Assembly: GCA_963575745.1 (NCBI GenBank)
Contig: CAUYUJ010000118.1
Location: forward strand, 1-64,000
DNA from: Prorocentrum cordatum
Taxonomy: Eukaryota
Direction of reading: 5' to 3'
Length of the DNA stretch: 64,000 bases
Part shown: positions 26,401 to 38,058 of the stretch, piece after piece
How the letters are laid out: the number at the start of each line of letters is the position of its first letter
Numbering within the stretch: position 1 is the first letter of the stretch
Translations under genes and position numbers: made by a program
The notes under the pieces: generated by a model
Seen by the model: only the letters and a program-made list of their open reading frames with translations
Told to the model about the DNA's origin: nothing
Databases searched by the model: none

Positions 26401-26492
26401 GCAATTCGTCCACACAGTACTGGCGAACATGGAAATGTTACCCATTTGCCCGTACTCGTCGTACTTATAGTGCCGATGCGCCGTCGTATTTC
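23463..26492 (-). CDS. LINE ORF2: AP endonuclease + reverse transcriptase (no RNase H)
   Basis: APE motifs SWNVEG, LCLQET, GVGF, GDFNA, LDH, SHH; RT motifs KAAGND, YRPISL, QYGFR, DWSKAFD, QGCPLSP, YADD, YLG; C-terminal RGRPRLQW typical of RTE. Frame is open 45 codons upstream of the listed 26357 start. Confidence 0.97.
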   Translation of the reverse strand, partial: EIRRRIGTISTTSTGKWVTFPCSPVLCGRIASWNVEGISPEKPHKLYEIMKHMSELNIGVLCLQETHCRGSQILEHEGYLFILSGTEHDSREYAGVGFVVAPWMRHAVKGYLQKDNRMASIRLRVSGGILTLITVYAWTNEHPYDIRHDFFTDLTAFATRCKSYGPTVLLGDFNARLLRRRAGEREVIGPNPFENLTGKWEPTSNRELLLELCGALEACVANTFFDAGLEAKATYRDLGTHPAEPVQPGRFEQLDHVVVERSWFSSVTAIWSDRWRALQSHHFVQIVDLDVDIPKKERSARTATADLTTLQNKDIADKYADAFVRNWESNPPCTDLESRAKSVATCMLGSAQHVLPTISVQKRRPWITTRTLHLIEERNRRRNAGADAKVMKGLNKQIQLSARADRKAWLEEAITQNGWQAIRSLRKGRPMKYGRLRDTQGNLVGAEERAETMANYLEKEQWKLCHEAEQLPNLAEDSSFLPIDVGSINLEEVRRAVKRLKVQKAAGNDRVPPDLWHALWRNSAALEILRQLCDDCWRQKDMPAHWREASVVSIFKKGDTSEPSNYRPISLLAVGYKVLASIILHRLKTGGAEEKLRESQYGFRPARGTGDALFLVRRLIDAALEDKNGKLFLLLLDWSKAFDRIRPAGLLFALRHFQVPPAMLNMIAAIYKARKFVVTDGATTSSQKCQPAGIAQGCPLSPYLFVIVMSVLLEAVDKDFHAQPGISKNKPYVVTNDVLYADDTLLVAQCPESLQRHFHIVSNIGKTFGLDLNAGKTLLLKIRSHATVLGPNGEEIQSKDDVVYLGGLLSADGRPKAEITRRLGEAKGAFDKLCAVWNHANMTKQHKLRVLQACVFSKLLYGLESCVLLQADKNRLDGFQAKCYRRVLKIQPAFLSFFSNQRVLLEAQSPPLSTILLERQLKYCGKLARAPSQSLPKAMVFQPGEAHSLMPREWRSLKNRGRPRLQWTSYMHARALRVAGDDPDRLQILLNSPPREWDAVVKEYCKQSV

Positions 26493-27115
26493 CTAGTGGT
26501 TGCCCTTCTTTCCCTTGCCGCTGCCTTTAGCACGCTGGAGGGCCCCATTAGCGCGATCGGTGAGGTCAGACACCTCCGGGCTGTTTGTAAGATCGCCCCA
26601 ACCAGCCCATGCTCCACACCACGTAACCTGGAGAGCGGACCCGGCGACAAGTACGTGACACACAGGTTCTTTGGCTACTTTGAGCTTCTGTTCCAGAGTA
26701 TCCACACGTACCTCGCTTTTGGAATAACCCCATCCCAAGAATGTCTTACGCAAGCTGAACAAGAAGCTCTCTGGGACCCTTTTTTCCAAAGGTTGGTCTG
26801 GACGCGTCCAAATCACATTTCCTTGATGTTTCAATTGAGCTTTCCCCAGGACTGTGACGAACGTGTCCCGGGCACTGGCCGTGTCAAACTTTGCGAAGAA
26901 GATCTGCTGGAACGCGTCGCCTTTGATGAAGGTCTCCTTAGGCTCCGGAGCTCCGAAATGAGCTCCGAAATGAAGCGCCTGTTCATTGATCCATGCAGAC
27001 GCGTCGCGCAAGGTATCGAAGTTACCCAATCCACCAATGACAGCATTGCACTCATACTGCTTGTTCGTGGTGAGTTCCGCCATTTGGCGCTCGATCTCAT
27101 TGAGTTTCGCCTCAA
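26493..27115 (-). CDS. LINE ORF1 C-terminal part (coiled coil + RRM-like)
   Basis: VEAKLNEIERQMAEL coiled coil, then AVIGGL...FFAKFDT...IWTRPDQP; directly upstream of ORF2. Confidence 0.75.
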
Positions 27116-27133
27116 CAGCATCAGCATGATCAT

Positions 27134-27171
<38 letters not shown>

Positions 27172-27175
27172 CCAG

Positions 27176-27234
<59 letters not shown>

Positions 27235-28884
27235 GTTTCCTCCTCCTCCGTTTCTTCCTCCTGCGCCGCCCCCTCCCTCTTCCTTTCGTCCTTTTGCGTT
27301 TCCTCCCCCCTCTTCCCCCTCTTCCTCCCGAACTCCAAAACTTGGCACGATACCCAACAGCAAACGATGTCCAAAACCAACGGCGGTCACCGGTGCGTAG
27401 GCGGCCTAGTGTATCAAAGGCGTCCGTGGCGACGCCGACAGCGAATCCTGTTCAAAATGGACCAGCACTGCTGTCGGTATTCGCACCCATTGCTTCCGTA
27501 CGAAGTTCGGTCGTGCCGATCGAACAGGATGATCGGAACCAAGGCACGATCGGGTCGCACTTGTTTCAATTATATGATGCATGCTGGCCAGCCTGGCCCC
27601 CTACCGATATTGTTCTAGTCATATGTAAAGTGGTGTACGTATACACACATACGTACATATGTATATATACATATGTATACTTGTGTGCGTGAGTGTGCGA
27701 AGCAACCTCCGTGATGCAACGTTTATGTATATGGACGGAGGAAGGTTGTGCAATTTTTGTGGTGCATCGTATGTCGTTGCCATCTACATGGTGAAATCTA
27801 CCATGTGCAATGAATGTTGTTACATATATACATATATATATATATGGTGCAACTGACTGTGCCTCCCGCGCGCGCAACCTATTCCCATGCTCGCACAAGC
27901 CTCACACCCACCCACCCGCAACCTGGTTCGCCCCGTGCGGCGGCGATTGCGATGGCTGCTTGGCGCTGGTTGGTGCATCGCTGCGGCCGCGCTAACGTGC
28001 GCCCGCTTGCGCGCAAAGCGGCCAGGTATTCTGGCACGACCGACACGGCCACGGTGGCCCCGACCGCTGGGAAATTTCCAGCGCGTCTCGCAGGCCGCGG
28101 TGACGCACGGGCACATCAGTGCGAGTCGGCAACTCGGGCGGGGACGGCTTCATGGCGACGTCGACACCAGCAGACACGATGATGATAGCAGCGGTGCTGG
28201 TGACCATGACGACTGACGACTGACGACGGCACCGATGCTGATCACACGTGCGCGGGTGGCCCGCACGGCATTATTTAACAGGGACCGCGCCCGCCGCCCC
28301 CCCAGCACGCGCGCCAGGGCGTTCGAATGATCGACACGCGCGCGCGAGAGGCACGTTCGATAGCATTCGATGACACTGTTGGAAAACCAATAGTTGCGCA
28401 AAGAATTCGCAACAGCGCCAACGCTGGCTTTTTTGGAGGGGTTTTGCAGAGTCACGTTACGAAACCATTGCGCGGCACATGCTCTCGAAGCACCCGATTT
28501 TGAAATGCTGGCGATAGCTGCTGTTCCTGAGTGTCTTCGACACGCGCGCGCGCGACGACGCGCGCGCGCGACGACGCGCGCGCGCGTGCACTTCGCCAGG
28601 TTTCACGCAATGGTTCTTGCGACAGCACGCGAGCAAGAGTGTTCGACTGATTCCGAAACGCACGCGCGAAGAGCACTCCGAGGTGATTTCGTGGTCCATC
28701 CGCGGCCGCAGGGAGGTCCCGACCGCTTCCCTGGGCGTGGACTCTCGCCCCGAGCCCATTCCTGATGGCCCCTGGGGCGCGAAAGCAACCCCCGGGGACC
28801 GAAGCCTCTGAAGAAGCACTGGCGTAGCCGAAAAAACCTTATGAGGTCTGGGCTTCCCTCCAGACCCGCTTGCTCCACGGCGGC

Positions 28885-28989
28885 CTCGAGCAGCCCAGAC
28901 ACCCTCCGGCCGGATGCGCCCCCAGCGGTCTGCAGGGCGGCCAGGTCGGCCGCGGGCAAGAAGAGGCAAAGGCGCTCGACGGCGAGGTC
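28885..28989 (-). CDS. Exon of spliced gene (DLAVERLCLFLPAADLAALQTAGGASGRRVSGLLE), F-box-like
   Basis: AG|G acceptor, GAG|GC donor, 35 codons; leucine spacing resembles an F-box motif (inference). Confidence 0.78.
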
Positions 28990-29166
28990 CTCAGAGGAGC
29001 CCAAAACAAAACTGCACACATAGGAACGCAACAACTTGTAGGAACTCTGCGCGGAATTCGCGGACTGCCGCCGGCCAGGCCCCGGCGCCGACCCGGGAAA
29101 GCCACTCGGAGCTCCGAGAAGATGGAAGTTTATGCCATTCTTTGAAAAGAGGCAGACGCTCTCGAC

Positions 29167-29266
29167 GGTCGTCGTCGTCGCCGTCGTCGTCGTCCGTCGT
29201 CGTCAGCCGTCGTCCGTCGTCCGTCGTCCGTCGTCGTCGATCGTCGTCATCGTCGTCGTCGGCCAC

Positions 29267-29312
<46 letters not shown>

Positions 29313-30796
29313 CGTCGTCGTCGTCGTCGTCGTCGTCGTCCGTCGTCGTAGTCGTCGTCGTGCAACGTTCGTCGTCCGTCGTCATCGTCGTCGTCGTCCT
29401 CGTGGTCGTCGTCGCCATCGTCGTCGTCGTCGTCCGCCGTCGTCGTCCGTCGTCGTTATCGTCGTCGTCCGTCGTCCGTCGTCTGTCGTCCGTCGTCGTC
29501 GTCGTCATGGTCGTCGTCCGTCGTCGTCGTCGTCGTCCGTCGTCGCCGTGGTCGTCGTCCGTCGTCGTCGTCGTCGTCGTCCGTCGTCGTCGTCATCGTC
29601 GTCGTCGCCGTCGTCGTCGCCGTCGTCGTCGTCGTCGGTGTCGGCGTCGTCGTGGTCATCGTCGTCCGCCGTCGTGGTCGCCGTCGTCATCGTCCGTCGT
29701 TCGTCGTCGTCCGTCGTCCGTCGTCGTCGCCGTCGTCGTCCGTCGTCGTCGGCGTCGTCGTCGTCGTCCGTCGCCGTCGTCTTCGTCCTCCGTCGTGCGC
29801 CGTCCGCTGTCGCCGTCGTCGTTGTCGTCATCGTCGTCGTCGTCCGTCGTCCGTCGTCGTCGTCGTCGTCCGACGTCGTCGTCGCCCGTCGTCCGTCGTC
29901 CGTCGTGCGTCGACGTCGTCATCATCGTCGTCATCGTTCCCCGTCGTCGTCATCGTCGTCCGTCGCCGTCGTCCGTCGTCCGTCATCGTCGTCGTCGTCG
30001 TCGCCCATCGTCGTCGTCGTCGGTCGACGTCGTCGCCACCGTCGTCGGCGTCCGCCGTCGTCGCTGTCGTGCTCGTCGTCGTCGCCGTCGTCCACAGTCG
30101 TCGTCGCCGTCGTCGTCGCCATCGTCGTCTTCGCCCATCGTCCGTCGTCGTCGCCGTCGTCGTCCGCCGTCGTCGTCGCCGTCGTGGCCGTCATCGGCCG
30201 TCGTCGTCGTCCGTCGTCCGCCGTCCGCCGTCGTCGTCGTCGTCCGTCGTCATCGTCGTCGTCGTCCGTCGTTGTCGTCGTCCGTCGTCCGTCGTCCCTC
30301 GTCGTCGTCGTCGTCCGTCGTCGTCGTCGCCCGTCGTCCGTCGTCCGTCGTCCGTTGACGTCGTCGTCATCGTCGTCGTCGCCCGTCGACGTCGTCGTCG
30401 TCCGTCGACGTCGTCGTCGTCGACGTCCGCCGTCACCGCCGTCGTCGTCGTTGGTCACCGTCGTCCATGGTCCGTCGTCGTCGCCGCCGTCGTCGGCGTC
30501 GTCGTCGTCGTCGTCGTCGGCCGTCGTCGTCGTCGTTGACGTCCGTCGTCGTCGTCGTCCGTGGTCCGTCGTCCGTCGTCCGTCGTCCGTCGTCCGTCGT
30601 CCGTCGTCGCCGCCGTCGTCGTCGTCGTGGTCGTCGTCATCGTCATCGTCGTCGTCTTCGTCGTCGTCCGCCGTCGTCCGTCGTCCGTCGACAAGCGTCC
30701 GTCATCGTCGTCATCGTCGTCGCCCATCGTCGTCGTCGTCGTCGCCATCGTCGTCGTCGTCGTCGTCGTCCGTCGTCGTCTCCCGTCGTCCGTCGT

Positions 30797-30838
<42 letters not shown>

Positions 30839-30868
30839 GCCGTCGTCGTCGTCGTCGTCGTCGTCGTC

Positions 30869-30899
<31 letters not shown>

Positions 30900-31355
30900 C
30901 GTCGTCGTCGTCCGTCGACATCGTCGTTGTCCGTCGTCGTCGTCTGTCGTCGGCGTCGCCGTCGCCGTCCATCGTCGTCGTCATCGTCGTCGGCCGTCGT
31001 CGTCCGTCGTCCGTCGTCCGACGCCAGTCGTCGCCGTCGTCGTCGTCGTCCGTCGTCCGTCGCCCGTCGTCGCCGTCCGTCGTCCGTCGTCGTCCCCAGT
31101 CGTCGTCGTCGTCGTCGTCGTCGTCGTAGTCGTTGTCGTCGTCGTCGTGTACAGTCGTCGTCGTCATCGTCGTCGCCCGTCGTCGTCGTCGTCGTCGTCA
31201 TCGCCGTCGTCGTCGTCGTCATCGTCATCGTCGTCCGCCGTTGTTCGTCGTCGTCGTCGTCCGTCGTCGTCTTCCGTTTTCCTTCGTCGTCACCGTCGTC
31301 GTCCGTCGTCGTCGTCGTCGTCGTCGTCGGCCGTCGTCGTCGCCGTCGTCGTCGT

Positions 31356-31387
<32 letters not shown>

Positions 31388-31515
31388 CGTCGTCGCCGTG
31401 GTCGTCGTCGTCCGTCGTCCGACGTCCGTCGTTCGTCATCGTTGTCGTCGTCGTCGTCGTCGACGTCCAGGTCGTCGTCATCGTCCTCGTCGCCTGTCGT
31501 CCGTCGTCCAACGTC

Positions 31516-31546
<31 letters not shown>

Positions 31547-34500
31547 ATCGGAGTCGTCGTCGTCCGTCCTCGTCGTCCATCGTCGCTTCGTCGTCGTCGT
31601 CCGTCGTCGTCGTCGTCGTCCGACGTCGTCGTCGTTGTCGTCGTCTTCCGTCGTCGCCGTCGTCGTCGACGTAGTCGTTGACGTCGTCGTCGTCCGTCGT
31701 CGTCGTCGTTGTCGCCGTCGTCGTCGTCATCGTCGTCGTCCGTCGCCGTCGTCGTCGACGTCGTCGTCGTCGTCCATCGTCGTCGTCGTCCATCACAGTC
31801 GTCTTCCGGCGTCGTCGTCCGTCGTCATCGTTTTCGACGTCGCCGTCGTCCTCCGTCGTCGTCGCCATCAGCGTCCGTCGTTGTCGTCGTCGTCCATCGT
31901 CGTCGTCGTCTGTCGTCCGTCGTCGTCGTCGTCGTCGTCGTCCGTCGTCGTCATCGCTGTCGTCGTCTGTCGTCGTCGTCGCCCATCGTCCGTCATCGTC
32001 GCCGTCGTCCGTCATCGTCGTCGTCGTCGGCATCTTCGTCGTCCGTCGTCGTCGTCGTCAGCCGTCGTCGTCGACGTCCGTCATCGTCCGCCGTCGTCGT
32101 CGTCGTCCGCCGTCGTCGTCGTCGTCGCTGTCGTGCGTCGTCGCCGTCGTCGTCATCCATTGTCCTCCGTCGTCGTCGTCATCGTCGTCCATCGTCGTCG
32201 TCGTCGTCGTCGTCCGTCGTCGTCGTTGTCGTCCGTCGTCGTCGTCGGCATCGGCGTCGTCCGTCGTCGGCGTCGTCGTCATCGTCGTCCACCGTCGTCG
32301 GCGTCGACGTCGTCATCGTCGTCCATCGTCGTCATTGTGGTGCGTCGTCGTCGTCGTCGTCGTCCGTCGTCCTCCGTCGTCGTCGTCATCGTCGTCCACC
32401 GTCCTCGTCGTCGTCGTCGTCGTCCGTCGTCGTCGAAGTCCTCCGTCGTAGTCGTCTGCGTCGGCGTCGGCGTCGTCCGTCGTCGTCGTCGTCGTCATCG
32501 TCGTCCACCATCGTCGGCGTCGACGTCGTCATCGTCGTCCGTCGTCGTCGTTGTCGTGCGTCGTCGTCGTCGTCCATTGTCCTCCGTCGTCGTCGTCATC
32601 GTCGTCCATCGTCGTCGTCGTCGTCGTCCTTTGTCGTCGTTGTCGTCCGTCGTCGTCGTCGGCGTCGGCGTCGTCCGTCGTCGTCGTCGTCGTCGTCATC
32701 GTCGTCCACCGTCGTCGGCGTCGACATCGTCATCGTCGTCCGTCGTCGTCGTTGTCGTGCGTCGTCGTCGTCGTCGTTGCCCATTGTCCTCCGTCGTCGT
32801 CGTCATCGTCGTTCATCGTCGTCATCGTCGTCGTCGTCCGTCGTCGTCGTTGTCGTCCGCCGTCGGCGTCGGCGTCGGCGTCGTCCGTCGTCGTCGTCGT
32901 CGTCATCGTCGTCCACCGTCGTCGGCGTCGACGTCGTCATCGTCGTCCGTTGTCGTCGTTGTCGTGCGTCGTCGTCGTCGTTGTCCATTGTCCTCCGTCG
33001 TCGTCGTCATCGTCGTCCATCGTCGTCGTCGTCGTCCGTCGACGTCGTTGTCGTCCGTCGTCGGCGTCGGCGTCGGCGTCGTCCGTCGTCGTCGTCGGCG
33101 TCGACGACGTCATCGCCGTCCGTCGTCGTCGTCGTCGTGCGTCGTCGTCGTCGTCGTTGGCCATTGTCCTCCGTCGTCGTCGTCATCGTCGTCCATCGTC
33201 GTCGTCGTCGTCGTCGTCCGTCGTCGTCGTTGTCGTCCGTCGTCGGCGTCGGCGTCGGCGTCGTCCGTCGTCGTCGTCGTCGTCGTCATCGTCGTCGTCG
33301 GCGTCGACGTCGTCATCGTCGTCCATCGTCGTCGTCGTAATGCGCCGTCGTCGTCGTCGTTGCCCATTGTCCTCCGTCGTCGTCGTCATCGTCGTCCATC
33401 GTCGTCGTCGTCATCGTCGTCGTCGTCCGTCGTCGTCGTTGTCGTCCGTCGTCGGCGTCGGCGTCGGCGTCGTCCGTCGTCCGTCGTCGCCGTCACCGTC
33501 GTCCACCGTCGTCGGCGTCGACGTCGTCATCGTCGTCCGTCGTCGTCGTTGTCGTGCGTCGTCGTCGTCGGTGTCCATTGTCCTCCGTCGTCGTCGTCAT
33601 CGTCGTCCATCGTCGTCGTCGTCGTCGTCGTCGTCCGTCGTCGTCGTTGTCGTCCGTCGTCGGCGTCGGTGTCGGCGTCGTCCGTCGCCGTCGTCGTCGT
33701 CATCGTCGTCCACCGTCGTCGGCGTCGTCATCGTCATCGTCGTCCACCGTCGTCGGCGTCGTGCGTCCTCGTCGCCGTCGTCGTCCATTGTCCTCCGTCG
33801 TCGTCGTCATCGTCGTCCATCGTCGTCGTCGTCGTCGTCGTCGTCCGTGTCGTCGTTGTCGTCCGTCGTCGGCGTCGGCGTCGGCGTCGTCCGTCGTCGT
33901 CGTCGTCGTCGTCATCGTCGTCCACCGTCGTCGACGTCGACGTCGTCATCGTCGTCCGTCGTCGGCGTTGTCGTGCGGCGTCGTCGTCGTCGTCCATTGT
34001 CCTCCGTCGTCGTCGTCATCGTCGTTCGTCCATCGTAGTCGTCGTCGTCGTCGTCGTCGTCCGTCGTCGTCGTTGTCGTCCGTCGTCGGCGTCGGCGTCG
34101 GCGTCGTCCGTCGTCGTCGTCGTCATCGTCGTCGTCGGCGTCGACGTCGTTATCGTCGTCCGTCGTCGTCGTTGTCGTGCGTCGTCGTCGTCGTCGTCGT
34201 CCATTGTCCTCCGTCGTCGTCGTCATCGTCGTCCATCGTCGTCGTCGCCGTCGTCGTCGTCGTCCGTCGTCGTCGTCGTCGTCCGTCGTCGGCGTCGGCG
34301 TCGGCGTCGTCCGTCGTCGTCGTCGTCGTCATCGTCGTCCACCGGAGTCGGCGTCGACGTCGTCATCGTCGTCCGTCGTCGTCGTCGTCGTGTGTCGTCG
34401 TCGTCGTCGTCCATTGTCCTCCGTCGTCGTCGTCATCGTCGTCCGTCGTCGTCGTCGTCGTCGTCGTCCGTCGTCGTCGTTGTCGTCCGTCGTCGGCGTC

Positions 34501-35776
34501 GGCGTCGGCGTCGTCCGTCGTCGTCGTCGTCGTCATCGTCGTGCACCGTCGTCGGCGTCGACATCGTCATCGTCGTCCGTCGTCGTCGTTGTCGTGCGTC
34601 GTCGTCGACGTCGTTGTCCATTGTCCTCCGTCGTCGTCGTCATCGTCGTCCATCGTCGTCGTCGTCGTCGTCCGCCGTCGTCGTTGTCGTCCGTCGTCGG
34701 CATCGGCGTCGGCGTCGTCCGTCGTCGTCGTCGTCGTCATCGTCGTCCACCGTCGTCGGCGTCGTCGTCGTCGTCGTCGTCCGTCGTCGTCGTCGTCGTG
34801 CGTCGTCGTCGTCGACGTCCATTGTCCTCCGTCGTCGTCGTCATCGTCGTCCATCGTCGTCGTCGTCGTCGTCGTCGGCCGTCGTCGTCGTTGTCGTCCG
34901 TCGTCGGCGTCGGCGTCGGCGTCATCCGTCGTCGTCGTCGTCATCACCGTCGTCCACCGTCGTCGGCGTCGACGTCGTCATCGTCGTCCGTCGTCGTCGT
35001 TGTCGTGCGTCGTCGTCGTGGTCGTCGTAGACCATGGTCCTCCGTCGTCGTCGTCATCGTCGTCCATCGTCGTCGTCGTCGTCGTCGTCGTCCGTCGTCG
35101 TCCTTGTCGTCCGTCGCCGGCGTCGGCGTCGGCGTCGTCCGTCGTCGTCGTCGTCGTCATCGTCGTCCACCGTCGTCGGCGTCGACGTCGTCATCGTCGT
35201 CCGTCGTCGTCGTTGTCGTGCGTCGTCGTCGTCCGTCGTCGTCGTCGTCGTCGTCCGTCGTCGTCGTCGTCGTCCGTCGTCGGCGTCGGCGTCGGCGTCG
35301 GCCGTCGTAATCGTCATCGTCGTCGTCGTCCGTCGTCGTCGTCGTCGTCGTCCGTCGTCGGCGTCGGCGTCGGCGTCATCCGTCGTCGTCGTCGTCATCG
35401 TCGTCCACCGTCGTCGGCGTCGACGTCGTCATCGTCGTCCGTCGTTGTCGTGCGCCGTCGTCGTGGTCGTCGTCGTCGTCCGTCGTCGTCGTCCGTCGTC
35501 GATATCGTCGTCATCGTCGTCCACCGTCGTCGTCGTCGTCGTCGTCATCGTCACCGTCGTCCGTCGTCGTCGTCGCGTCGTCGTCGTCGTCCGTCGTCGT
35601 CATCCACCGTCGTCGTCGTCATCGTCGTCGTCGTCGTCCGTCGTCGTCGTCCGCCGTCGTCGTCGTCGTCGTCGTCGTCGTCCGTCGTCGTCGTCCGCCG
35701 TCGTCGTCGTCCGTCGTCGTCGTCGTCCGTCGTCGTCGTCCGTCGTCGTCGTCATCGTCGTCCGTCGTCCGTCGTC
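29167..35776. repeat. 6.6-kb degenerate (GTC)n satellite with ~208-bp higher-order repeat
   Basis: Directly visible; marker CCATTGTCCTCC recurs mostly every ~205-210 bp from 32157 to 35032. Confidence 0.95.
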
Positions 35777-35800
35777 ACCGGCGGCTGCGGCGGAGAGGTC

Positions 35801-35944
35801 CTCCAGGCGGGCGGCGGGCTCCGCACGATCCGCGGCGGCGGGCTCCGCCGCGGGGCCGCTCTGCAGCCGCCGCAGCTGCTCCTCCAGGCGCAGCAGCTCC
35901 TGCACGTGCTCGTCCAGCTCCGCCTGCAGCGCCTCCTCGGCGAC
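35801..35944 (-). CDS. Exon of spliced gene (VAEEALQAELDEHVQELLRLEEQLRRLQSG...AARLE), coiled coil
   Basis: AG|G acceptor, GAG|GA donor, 48 codons, nearly all GC3. Confidence 0.8.
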
Positions 35945-35954
35945 CTCTCACAAA

Positions 35955-36115
35955 TGAAGGGGCCCCAGGACACACAAATAAATACACACAAATAAAAATA
36001 TTCCCCATAGTTTCGCATATTTTCTGGGTTTTTGTCTTCCCTCCCACTTCCCATATGTTCCCATATTTTTCTGGGAGTGGAGGATTAATTGTGTCTGTGT
36101 TTTTTTTCCCTCCTG
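35955..36115. mobile_element. Short interspersed element (TGAAGGGGCCC...CCCTCCTGA family)
   Basis: Both ends recur in reverse orientation at ~17148-17270 and 18040-18080 (bracketing the CTTAG satellite); right end also at 18400-18489. Confidence 0.6.
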
Positions 36116-37019
36116 AACAAACCCCGACCGCGGGAAAAGGCTGTGCGCCACACAGAAGGGCGCACTAATCCCACCAGCCCTCTGGGCGTAGGTGGTCCAG
36201 AGAGGCTCTTCTTCAAACCCCCCCTCCCTCCGCTTCGAGGAGGGGTTTATCACTGTTCCCTTTTGGTAAACACCCCCTTCCCCAGGCGACCGGCAGCCAG
36301 CCAGGAACAATGAGGACCCCATGACGACCCCCCCCAAACAATCCTTGTCAAGAAACAACACGGACACACGCTCTGCCTCCAAATTCGGAGCCTGCGCAAC
36401 CCACCCGATGCGGGCACCCCCCCACGATCCCTGTCAAAAAATAGAAAGTACTGCATGGGGCAAAGCCCGAAGTCATGTTCGCAAGGCCCCCGAGCACTTT
36501 GTACTGTTTTTTGACAGGGACGGCGGGAGTGTCAGCATATTGCCTGCTGCGCGCAGGGCTACCATCCCTGACAAAAAAAATACAAAGTGCGCCTCGCGAC
36601 TAAATCTGGATCATGCGCGGCCACCCCGCGATCACTGCCAAGTGGTTTTTGACAGGGACGGCGGGGGTAGTGGCGTATGACCTGCTGCGCGCCGTCCCAC
36701 CAGATACAATGATGGGCATTAATTTTCGACAAGGATGGTGGGGCCCGACATGTTTCCCGATGTGTGATGCCACATGCGTAGGCGCACCTGACACACTCTG
36801 TCTGCACGTGCCCCGAACGTGGCGCACCTGGCGCGGCTGGAGTATACGGCACACCTGACGTACGCGGAGGCACGTGGCGCATCTGGCGCACCAGGCGTGC
36901 CAGGCACGCTCGGGCCCCAGGGATGCCTGGCGCGCGTGGCGCGCCTGGTACGCGTGGCGCACCTCGGCCCAGCGTCGCGCACATAGGCTCGGCTTTGGTT
37001 CAAAGAGAGCTCCAGATAG

Positions 37020-37375
37020 CCGCCAGAGAAGCCTGAGAGAGCCCCAAGACGGCCCCAAGAGGGCCCAAGATGGCTCCAAGAGTGCTCCAAGAGGGGTCCA
37101 AGAGACGATGCTAGGCACACTAGAGGGGCAAGGCTAATTGAAGTTCCCCACTTCTTTAATGGATGTCCTCCAATATGGCTCCAAGAGCGTCCCAAAGCCT
37201 CCCAGGAGCGCCCCAAGAGGGCCCAAAGAGGCGCCAAGGAGGCCCCAAGAGGCGCCCAAGAGGCCTCCAAGAGGCTCCCTAGAGACCCCCAAGAGGCCAC
37301 AAGAGGCCCCCCGAGGTATGCAGGAGGCCCCCAGGACCGCCAAGAGGCCCCCAAGACGCCCCAAGAAGACCCCAA
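37020..37375. repeat. ~11-bp degenerate tandem repeat (CCAAGAG core)
   Basis: Directly visible. Confidence 0.85.
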
Positions 37376-37686
37376 GCTCATCATTGTCCTCCTCCTCCTC
37401 CTCCTCCTCCTCCTCCTCCTCCTCCTCCACCTCCTCCTCCTCCTCCTCCTCCTCCTCCTCCTCCTCATATTCCTCCCCCTCATCCTCCTCCTCCTCATCA
37501 TCATCCTCCTCCTCTTCCTTCTCCTCCTCCTCCTCCTCCACCTCCTCCTCCTCCTCCTCCTCCTTATCTCCCTCATCCCCCTCGTCTTTCCTCTCCGCCT
37601 TTCCTCACTCGGCAGATCCGCGAAGGCGCATACGATTCGCTCATGGGTCTGCGCAGGCTGATCCAAGACTTCAGTTTGACGGCTTC

Positions 37687-37738
37687 CCTGGCTCTTGATC
37701 CTGCATACTCCTCCGCTTCCCTGATCAAGGCAACTCGC
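37687..37738 (-). CDS. Candidate upstream exon (RVALIREAEEYAGSRAR)
   Basis: AG|G acceptor, helical-looking peptide, phase-compatible; donor uncertain. Confidence 0.4.
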
Positions 37739-37906
37739 CTGGGCATCGTTTGTGGATAGTCTGGTGGGGATGCGCGAAGCGTCAAGAACCCAATGCTTTT
37801 ACGGGATGCACATCACAGAAACCACGATGCATATCACTGAGCGCTTATCAATGGAACGCCTTTGTGTGGACCCCGCTGGCCGGGTCTATGAGACCTCGTC
37901 CTCCTC

Positions 37907-38020
37907 CTCGGCGGTCCGCACCGCCGCAGCAGCGGACGGGAGGACGCCAACGTCCACACTTGCACCGACCCTGGCCACACAGACATGATCGCGTCGTACG
38001 GCTTGTGGCCGTTCTCGGCC
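37907..38020 (-). CDS. Candidate upstream exon (AENGHKPYDAIMSVWP...)
   Basis: AG|G acceptor, GC3-rich start, phase 2; 3' boundary uncertain. Confidence 0.45.
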
Positions 38021-38058
38021 CTCCAGCGTCGCCGAAAAATACCGACGGTATGTCTTTT

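Larger units (their letters stand above)
23241..27115 (-). mobile_element. RTE-like non-LTR retrotransposon, probably 5'-truncated in ORF1, intronic
   Basis: ORF1 remnant plus intact APE-RT ORF2; (CAT/CAG)n on both sides with CAGCATCAGCAT at 23229-40 and 27116-27 as a possible TSD; ends approximate. Confidence 0.9.

Noticed and set aside
27116..27380. Poly-Asp/Glu N-terminus of the 295-aa ORF1
   Set aside because: Probably flanking (CAT)n/(CCT)n microsatellite read in frame, not element sequence
26337..27692. 451-aa plus-strand ORF, and the 352-aa ORF at 62491-63549
   Set aside because: Antisense shadows of LINE coding regions
29132..35995. Very long ORFs (up to 1489 aa) of poly-S/R/V/D/T
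   Set aside because: They are translations of the stop-free (GTC)n satellite in all frames
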